Shown here in pieces: positions 56,879 through 64,000 of a stretch of 64,000 nt of DNA. Source of the DNA: Leptogorgia sarmentosa (lineage: Eukaryota); the NCBI GenBank assembly GCA_964658305.1, contig OZ210885.1, forward strand, positions 13,888,001 through 13,952,000, given 5' to 3'. A program made the translations under genes and the position numbers. The notes under the pieces are model-generated. The model was not told the origin of the DNA and did not search any database. It saw only the letters and a list, made by a program, of their open reading frames with translations. Each line of letters starts with the position of its first letter. The stretch's first letter is position 1.

Positions 56879-57028
56879 TCTGTTCTTATCAGCTTAATAT
56901 CTGATATGTTAGGCAATGTCCTAACTCATATATTAAACTGATTTTTGGACCTCGGCCATGGGATTGAAGCTTGCTTCGCCCTGGCCACGGGTTGTCTCGG
57001 TATTGCACTACCTCCGAGTACGGCCCAC
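56879..57028 (+). pseudogene. RNU2: U2 snRNA 3' part (nt 39-188)
   Basis: Follows the Utopia 3' end. Confidence 0.95.
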
Positions 57029-57501
57029 TTCCCCCAATTTCATTATTGGGGGAAGATTTCTCACTCATTATCAGTTCAAAAAAATTCTAACAAATTATTC
57101 TTCACTTTACAGATAGCTAGATCCTCGCCGCCGCGAACCGGCATTTGGCAAGAGATACGTATATAATGACATCATTATTCAGTGCGGATGACCGACGACG
57201 AACGAATTATGGTAAGCAGCCTAACACATCCATGTTATAATAGTCTTGGGTAGCTACTCGTTGGCCAACAAAGCTTAAGCAGCATCGCTGTTCATGAGAT
57301 TTACATACTTTGATTTTTTTGTTAATTCCTATTGAACATGCGGGTCGAGAATTGTCGGAACGTGCAAACACGGTGCAGTCCGAGAGATCGATCGATCGAT
57401 CCATCTATCCACAGACAGACAAACTCATCCCCATGCATTCGTTCCACAAGCATTCCTCGCGGTTGCAGCGTATAAAAGGTAATCGTATGCGCCATGAAGT
57501 C

Positions 57502-57665
57502 ATACTTACCTGACGCGAGAGGCACCTTGATCAACTAGGAGGTCCTCTCAGGATGAGGCCCTTTCATTGCACTTCGACTGGGTTGACTCCTGCGATTACC
57601 CCTAATGTGGGTAACTCGAGCGTATAATTTCTGGTAGTGGGGACCTGCGTTCGCGCTCGTCCCCT
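57502..57665 (+). ncRNA. RNU1: U1 snRNA
   Basis: Array copy in a more diverged unit. Confidence 0.98.
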
Positions 57666-58368
57666 TTATCCTCATCTCATTATTCTCATTTCCAATACTC
57701 AAAACTGATATGACAAATGTCGTCGAGCATGTCAGTATATTGACGAGACAACAATTCCATGTATTCCTCACACTGGCGGCCGCCGCGTGTTTCACGAACA
57801 CGTGTAACTCGATACTACATCGCGGTCATTCGAAACTAATACACAACCATGCAATCAACATTGGATTACTCACACCTTGTTATAGGCACGTCACGTGGAA
57901 TGAACGAGTGAGTCAATCCATACACGCGCTGCCAACCGATCGATCATGCATTTTATACTAGACTTATGTTAAACAACCATTTCCAATTCAAATGCACTCG
58001 TCATTTCTCCAACCGAAGCGCAACCGGACACGCTTCGTTCAACTCAATGCATGTCCGTCATTTGCCATTCGCGAATCGGTCGCGGAGCCGGCGAATTGGA
58101 AAAAGCGCCACGTGCGCCTGCCAAAAAATCGCCAGAAATTCGCGGAGAACACGCGTGCGTCGCGAGCAGTTTCGCGCGTGCACCCGAATTAATTAGCAGC
58201 GCACAAACGATCGATTGTACGCGTCATCATCGCCGCGTGCCACAACGTTTGCGGCTCGTTTCGCTTGCGATTTCGCGGCCGGGGCTGCTAATGGCGGCGC
58301 GAAGGAGGACCGCATTTTTTCACCTTGCTTTTCTCGCTTAAAAGATGGCGTGGAACGGCGAAGAAGGC

Positions 58369-58395
58369 ATCGCTTCTCGGCCTTTTGGCTAAGAT
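58369..58395 (+). pseudogene. RNU2: U2 nt 1-27, interrupted by Tx1-b
   Basis: ATCGCTTCTCGGCCTTTTGGCTAAGAT then foreign sequence. Confidence 0.95.
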
Positions 58396-58428
58396 ATTCT
58401 GGCTGTTGGTGAAGAAGATCACGCTAAA

Positions 58429-58500
58429 AGAAGAAGAAGAAGAAGAAGAAGAAGAAGATAGAAGAAGAAGAAGACAGAAGAAGAAGACAAGAAGAACGAA
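58429..58500 (+). repeat. (GAA)n tract in Tx1-b 5' UTR
   Basis: Directly visible. Confidence 0.9.
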
Positions 58501-59266
58501 GATCAAGCCTGGTGAAGAAGATCGCTCCCTGCTGGTCTTGGTGTCCAGTCGTTGGTTTCCTGTAGTTGTGCCTGTTTGAGGAGCCCTCTAGGGGGTAACT
58601 CTAAGGCGGCGGACTTGTTTCCACCTTGCGTTGTTGCATCTGGACAGGTGGAAGTGCTTGACTGAAGCCTGTCACTCTCTGTTTCCTTTCTCTTTATCTG
58701 TCCACGGGGGTTGGAAACCCTCCGTTATCTCTCTCCACATTTTATTTTTGATTGAGAGGCATTTTGTCCTCTGTTAGGAATTAATTTTTTGTTTTTGTCC
58801 TCATTTAGAAATTAATTTTTGTTTTTGTTTTGAGGCTGTTGGTCCTCGTTTAGGGTTTTTTTCTTCGAGGCATCTAGTCCTCGATTAGGTATAGTATTTT
58901 TTGTTTCGAGGCTGTTGGTCCTCGGTTAGGGTTTTTTCTTTCGAGGCATCTGGTCCTCGAATAGGTATAATATTTTTTGTTTCGAGGCTGTTGGTCCTCG
59001 TTTTTGATTTATTATTACTAGGTTTTCCAAGTACGTTCACTCGAAGCTTTAGGTCTTCGTGGAACAATTTAGGCCATTTATTTTATTGCGAGGCTGTTAG
59101 TCCTCGTTTAGAAATAGTTGGTTTATTTTTTCTTCTTTAGAGTGTCAAATTAAGTTCCCTATATTACTAGTTACTCTAGGTGAGACAATGGTTCTCATCC
59201 TTTTTTTCTGTCTGTAGTGGCTTAACTAGTTAAGACACATTACAGCTTTTTCTTCCTTTCTAAAAT

Positions 59267-59297
<31 letters not shown>

Positions 59298-59315
59298 TTT
59301 ATAAAAAGTCTTAAA

Positions 59316-60674
59316 ATGCGAATACCATTCGCCAATCGTACGGCAGATGTAGATCTGCCCTTAGGAGAAGGCCAGGCCAAAATCACCATCAAGGCCATAG
59401 TTGATTCTTTCCGGGACCAAGTCCCAAGTAATTTTGAGGCTTTGTTTGAAGCCTTCGTGCTACTGTCGCCTAGGAAGGTGAGGGTAACATGCCGAACTGA
59501 ACGAGCCCTAGAAGAAGTGTCCCATTTAGGGCTCACTTTCCACAACACCCCGGTAAAGTTTAACCCATGCCGATCTGCCAAGTGGGTGACCATCACCCGA
59601 CTTAGTTATGGCATACCCAATGAAGCCATTGAAGAGGCTCTTAAGCCATATGGCAAAATAATTAATATAAAGGCGGACACATACAAAGGTGTGCATATAG
59701 GCATCAGGCATGCCTTAATTGAAATTAAAACGCCAATTCCGTCATCCATTCGGGTGGCAGATCATTGGTGTAACCTCTTTTACCCTGGGCAAATTCCCAC
59801 CTGCTTTAGGTGTAACAAAACGGGTCACACGCGGGCGCAATGCCCACAGGACACTCGTGGTCAGACAACCACCTCTGCTGAAAACACGGGAAAGGCAAGT
59901 GAGCAGCGACCTGAACGAAGAGAGGCTGTGCCTCCTCCTCGTCCTATTCCGACTTCGTTCGCTGAAGCGGTTCGGCAAGGGCTGCGGGGCCCTGGTGCTG
60001 ATGAAGGTAACACCCCAACTGCGGGTATTGTGCCGGCTTCTGATGTGACAGGTACGGCTACAGAGGCTAGCGAGCAACCGATGAATGAGCCAGTTGAAGT
60101 AATGGATGTCACCTTGGCAAATAAACAAGCCAAGCCTCCAGAGAGAGAGGATAAGGTTGAGGGAAAGACACCATCAAAAGCGTCTACCTCTTCTACCAAA
60201 AGACCCCGGTGTGAAGAGAGCAGCACCGACAGTTCCGACAGTTCGGACAGCTCAGAAGAGCAGGAAGGCAGGGAGGAAGTGGCAGGTAGTGTTAAGTCTA
60301 CTAGGCTTGACCCTTCCCAAGATCTCTTTAAAACTCCTGCTGAACTACTGCCTTTACCTCCAGAGGATGAAAATGAGGAGTCAAGCCAGCTTGACACCAA
60401 TGACAACCAAAAGGAAACGACTTTAGAAACCCCCCAGGATCCCGATAATAATGATGGAAAACATATGCAAACGTCCCAGGCTACTGATTCTATGGAATTC
60501 CCTTTGACCCAACGCACTCAGGTGAAGTTGCCTTCGGTAAAACAAGTCTCACCGACTTCCTCTGCTGATTTCAATTTGTTCTCATCAAAAAAGACACGGC
60601 CGAGACCAGTCTTTGGTTCCGGCCGCACATCTCGTTCTCGTAAACTTATGTTGAGGAGGGATTCCATTGCTTGA
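59316..60674 (+). CDS. Tx1 ORF1p
   Basis: M.IP..NRT.D, KWV.I.RLSYG.P shared with Tx1-a; CFRCNKTGHTRAQCP knuckle. Confidence 0.9.
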   Translation: MRIPFANRTADVDLPLGEGQAKITIKAIVDSFRDQVPSNFEALFEAFVLLSPRKVRVTCRTERALEEVSHLGLTFHNTPVKFNPCRSAKWVTITRLSYGIPNEAIEEALKPYGKIINIKADTYKGVHIGIRHALIEIKTPIPSSIRVADHWCNLFYPGQIPTCFRCNKTGHTRAQCPQDTRGQTTTSAENTGKASEQRPERREAVPPPRPIPTSFAEAVRQGLRGPGADEGNTPTAGIVPASDVTGTATEASEQPMNEPVEVMDVTLANKQAKPPEREDKVEGKTPSKASTSSTKRPRCEESSTDSSDSSDSSEEQEGREEVAGSVKSTRLDPSQDLFKTPAELLPLPPEDENEESSQLDTNDNQKETTLETPQDPDNNDGKHMQTSQATDSMEFPLTQRTQVKLPSVKQVSPTSSADFNLFSSKKTRPRPVFGSGRTSRSRKLMLRRDSIA

Positions 60675-60681
60675 TTTTTCA

Positions 60682-63600
60682 ATGGAAAGTGTTGAAATAA
60701 TTTCTTTAAATTGTCAGGGTTTACGTTCCGTAGACAATCGGGACACGTTATTTTCATGGTTAAATTGCTGCAAAGCAGATTTTTTGTGTCTCCAAGAAAC
60801 GCATGCAGTTTCGGAGGAAGAGATATCATCATGGCTACAATCAGCAAAGGATAACGGTATTCTCCGCCAGGGGTATGATTGTATTTCGTCCCCAGGAACA
60901 AATAGGAGTAGTGGGGTGGCCATCCTTTATCTGAGCAAGTACGACCTTTCTTCTTGTGCTCGTGATGACAGCGGACGGATGGTTTCTGCCAGATTTTCAA
61001 GTGGGATATTTGAATTCCAGCTATGCAATATATATGGGCCTAATAAAGCAAAGGAAGGTGACGTCTTTTTTGAAAATTTATATGCGGTTTTGCCCCCCGA
61101 CCTCCCTGTGATTTTATGTGGGGACTTCAACACTGTAGTAGATCCCAATAAAGACCGTAGGGGCTGTAACCCATTTTCGATCTGGGCATATAACTGGTCC
61201 CAAACATTATCGAACCTCATGTCCACATACGACTTACACGATGCTTGGCGAACTAAATATCCTGAGGCGGTGGAATTCACATGGCAACGTCCAAATAATC
61301 GTCAGGCCAGCCGCCTGGATATGTTTTGGGTATCTACCTTTTTTCTACAATTAATTTTAACGGTAGGAATTCTCCCCTTTTTTCGTTCCGACCATTCATA
61401 TATTCATATGAAATTTTCGGTGCCAACCACAGCAAATCGGGGCCCTGGCATCTGGAAATTTAATACTAGTCTTTTGAAAGACTTGAATTTTATTTTAATG
61501 GTTACCCAGTTCTGGGAATCATGGCAAAAGGAAAAAAATTCGTTCTTCTCCTTGTCTGCATGGTGGGATGCGGGGAAAGCGAGATTACGCAATAAAATCT
61601 GTACTTATTCCAGGAAGAAGGCTTCCACATTTCGAAAGCACATCAGAACGCTTGAAAATACACTCTTTTTCCTGAAGCGTAGAGCAGAAAAGGGGGAAGA
61701 GGTGAATGGCTTAATAGCAGACACTAAAGCCGAACTAGAAGAGGCTCATCGCCAGAAAGCTCGTGGAGCACGCATCAGAGCAAAGGTGCAGTGGGCTGAG
61801 GAGGGAGAGATATCCTCCGCATATTTTTTCCGGTTGGAAAAGAAAAGGGGGGAACAACGCCTCTTCACAGCCATTAAGGATGTGTCGGGTCGGGTAGTTC
61901 GGTCACTGGCAGCCATTGCCGCGGCATGGGTAACCTTTTACACCGCGCTATTCACGGCAATAATTCTAGATTCAAAGGAGCAGGACTTCTTTTTGAACCA
62001 AATAGTAGCCAAATTAACGTCAATTCAGGCACAGAGTTGCGAAGGGGAGCTCTCGTTAGAGGAATGTAAGAAGGCACTAGACGGTATGGCACCTTCAAAA
62101 TCGCCAGGAATTGATGGCTTTCCAGCTGAATTTTACCAGCGTTTTTGGCCACTCATTGGACACGACTACGTTCAGGTCATGAACGGCTGTTACCAGGCCG
62201 GCATGCTGTCTGCCTCTCAGAGACAAGGCGTAATCACTCTACTGTATAAACGTGGTGATAGACTGGAAATGAAAAATTGGCGCCCTATTACACTACTGTG
62301 TGTAGATTACAAAATCGCTGCAAAGGCAATTGCCAATCGTCTTTTGAGGGTATTAGACACGCTGGTCCACACAGATCAGACGTGCGGCATTCCAGGTCGG
62401 AGCCCGGTTGTCAACAATCGCCTGCTTTGTGACATTGTACAGGATGTCAACAAGAGGAAAGTAGGGGGGGCGATCCTCTCATTAGACCAAGAAAAAGCTT
62501 TCGACCGGGTCGAGTGGTCATATCTCCAGCGGGTGCTGGAAAGCATGCAGTTTGGCGTATCCTTTAGGGGTTGGATACAGCTCTTTTATAATCATATTTT
62601 CTCCTGTGTTCTGGTTAACGGAACACCATCTAACTTTTTTTCTGTGAGTCGAGGAGTGCGTCAAGGCTGTCCTCTGTCGCCTTTATTGTATGTTTTAATG
62701 GCAGAAACATTGGCATGTGCAATTCGAGCGCACCCATCGATAGACGGGATTCCCTTACCCCGAACTCGGAGAGCGAAGATCTGCCAGTATGCTGACGATA
62801 CGTCCATCATAGTGATGTCTGACGCTGCCTTAACGGCGGTATTTTCAGTGTTTGCACGATATGAAAAGGCCTCAGGGGCGAAATTGAATGTTGCAAAGTC
62901 ACACGGCTTGCTCATGGGAACATGGATTGACCGCACCAACTTACCTGTTGCCCTTGATTGGTCATCAACCAGTATCACCATCATGGGATCAACAATTTCG
63001 AACCAGTCGGAGGAGAAAGACTGGGAGGCGAGAGTTTGCAAACTCACAGAGCTGCTTGCCTCATGGCAGAATAGGCAACTTTCTTTTCATGGGAGGGCTC
63101 TCGTGGTCAATATGCTCGGGCTCAGCAAATTCTGGTACCATGCGTCGTTTTTGTGTTTGCCAGACCAAGTGGCGACTGACATAGAGAAGCTTGTGTTTCC
63201 CTACGTGTGGAGGAAGAAGAGAGAAGGGATAGTTAGATCTTCGGTGAAGCAACGTTTTGGGCAGGGGGGACTGGGATTGGTAGATGTAAGGAGAAAGGCC
63301 GCCTCACTGCATGCAATGTGGATCCGTAGGCTAGTTGAAAATCCAGAGGCTATGTGGAATTTCTTTTTCTTGTATCATTTGCGCATAGCATTTACTGGGC
63401 GAAAGTTGGAAGACATCCTTCTGATGTCTTCACCCCCTCCACTGGATACTCTCCCTCCTTTCTACCAGTCGGTCATGAAAGCGTGGTTCCGTCTGGATCG
63501 TGGAAAGGTAGATGACGTAATTGTCGTGAAAACTCGCGGAGGTAGCATTCTTCCATTGACAGACTTGACTGCCAGTTTTGTTTATAGGGCTCTCTCTAGT

Positions 63601-64000
63601 ATAGATCGGGAAGAGCACAAATGTGTAAAGAAATTTCAAACATGGGGACTAGAAGTAGAGTGGCGGACAGTTTGGGCCAACCTCCACCTCTGGCGATTTA
63701 TCAGACCAGTGCGCGACACGGCATGGTCAGTGACGCATGGCATCTTGCCAACAGCAGACCGCTTGACTCGGTTTGGCATGTCGGTGGATCCTCTGTGCCA
63801 TTGCGGACAAGTCGAAACATTGATTCACCTCTTTGTGGATTGTCCGGTGGCAAAACACATGCTGAGATGGTACGTCTCCCTGACACAAAGATCGGTACCT
63901 TGGGTTGGTATGCCTACACCATCACAGGTGATGGTAGGTTACAAACAAGTGGTCAAGATTCCACCAGTTTTTCCGTGCCTTCTCGGGATAATCAGGCACC
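60682..64000 (+). CDS. Tx1 ORF2p (APE-RT), 3'-partial; absent from the ORF track, apparently because no stop falls in the window
   Basis: MESVEIISLNCQG at 60682, ICQYADDT at ~62779 and LLGIIRH at the window end are all in the same frame (not every codon checked). Confidence 0.92.
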   Translation, partial: MESVEIISLNCQGLRSVDNRDTLFSWLNCCKADFLCLQETHAVSEEEISSWLQSAKDNGILRQGYDCISSPGTNRSSGVAILYLSKYDLSSCARDDSGRMVSARFSSGIFEFQLCNIYGPNKAKEGDVFFENLYAVLPPDLPVILCGDFNTVVDPNKDRRGCNPFSIWAYNWSQTLSNLMSTYDLHDAWRTKYPEAVEFTWQRPNNRQASRLDMFWVSTFFLQLILTVGILPFFRSDHSYIHMKFSVPTTANRGPGIWKFNTSLLKDLNFILMVTQFWESWQKEKNSFFSLSAWWDAGKARLRNKICTYSRKKASTFRKHIRTLENTLFFLKRRAEKGEEVNGLIADTKAELEEAHRQKARGARIRAKVQWAEEGEISSAYFFRLEKKRGEQRLFTAIKDVSGRVVRSLAAIAAAWVTFYTALFTAIILDSKEQDFFLNQIVAKLTSIQAQSCEGELSLEECKKALDGMAPSKSPGIDGFPAEFYQRFWPLIGHDYVQVMNGCYQAGMLSASQRQGVITLLYKRGDRLEMKNWRPITLLCVDYKIAAKAIANRLLRVLDTLVHTDQTCGIPGRSPVVNNRLLCDIVQDVNKRKVGGAILSLDQEKAFDRVEWSYLQRVLESMQFGVSFRGWIQLFYNHIFSCVLVNGTPSNFFSVSRGVRQGCPLSPLLYVLMAETLACAIRAHPSIDGIPLPRTRRAKICQYADDTSIIVMSDAALTAVFSVFARYEKASGAKLNVAKSHGLLMGTWIDRTNLPVALDWSSTSITIMGSTISNQSEEKDWEARVCKLTELLASWQNRQLSFHGRALVVNMLGLSKFWYHASFLCLPDQVATDIEKLVFPYVWRKKREGIVRSSVKQRFGQGGLGLVDVRRKAASLHAMWIRRLVENPEAMWNFFFLYHLRIAFTGRKLEDILLMSSPPPLDTLPPFYQSVMKAWFRLDRGKVDDVIVVKTRGGSILPLTDLTASFVYRALSSIDREEHKCVKKFQTWGLEVEWRTVWANLHLWRFIRPVRDTAWSVTHGILPTADRLTRFGMSVDPLCHCGQVETLIHLFVDCPVAKHMLRWYVSLTQRSVPWVGMPTPSQVMVGYKQVVKIPPVFPCLLGIIRH

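Larger units (their letters stand above)
58396..64000 (+). mobile_element. Second, divergent Tx1-clade retrotransposon inserted in U2 (Tx1-b), runs off the window
   Basis: 5' junction at U2 nt 26/27; ORF1 and ORF2 homologous to Tx1-a. Confidence 0.92.

Noticed and set aside
39886..63886. Antisense and alternative-frame ORFs over the retroelement and transposon genes
   Set aside because: Shadows of long coding frames, no motifs

Overview
Eukaryotic (animal, probably a marine invertebrate such as a cnidarian; inference) genomic DNA. 615-7606: the last seven coding exons of a C12orf4/FERRY3 homologue, with MITE-rich introns. From 11412: a tandem array of a 1526-bp unit carrying one U2 and one U1 snRNA gene (17 U1, 13 intact U2), broken by a 100-N gap at 30913-31012. 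Right of the gap, four of five U2 genes are split by site-specific insertions, while no U1 is hit. The inserts are two divergent Tx1-clade LINEs at U2 nt 22-27, one Utopia-like RLE retrotransposon at U2 nt 38/39 (with an AcademH-type DNA transposon nested in its 5' UTR), and two RT-less, endonuclease-less protein-coding elements (one complete, 2060 bp; one cut by the gap). These last two end at exactly the Utopia site and share only Utopia's last 21-27 nt. They encode divergent homologous proteins with a DSGxxS motif and a CX2CX11HX3C finger. They are the best candidate for an undescribed system: a protein-coding satellite retroelement mobilised in trans by Utopia into U2 genes. The repeated short ORFs in the array are artefacts.
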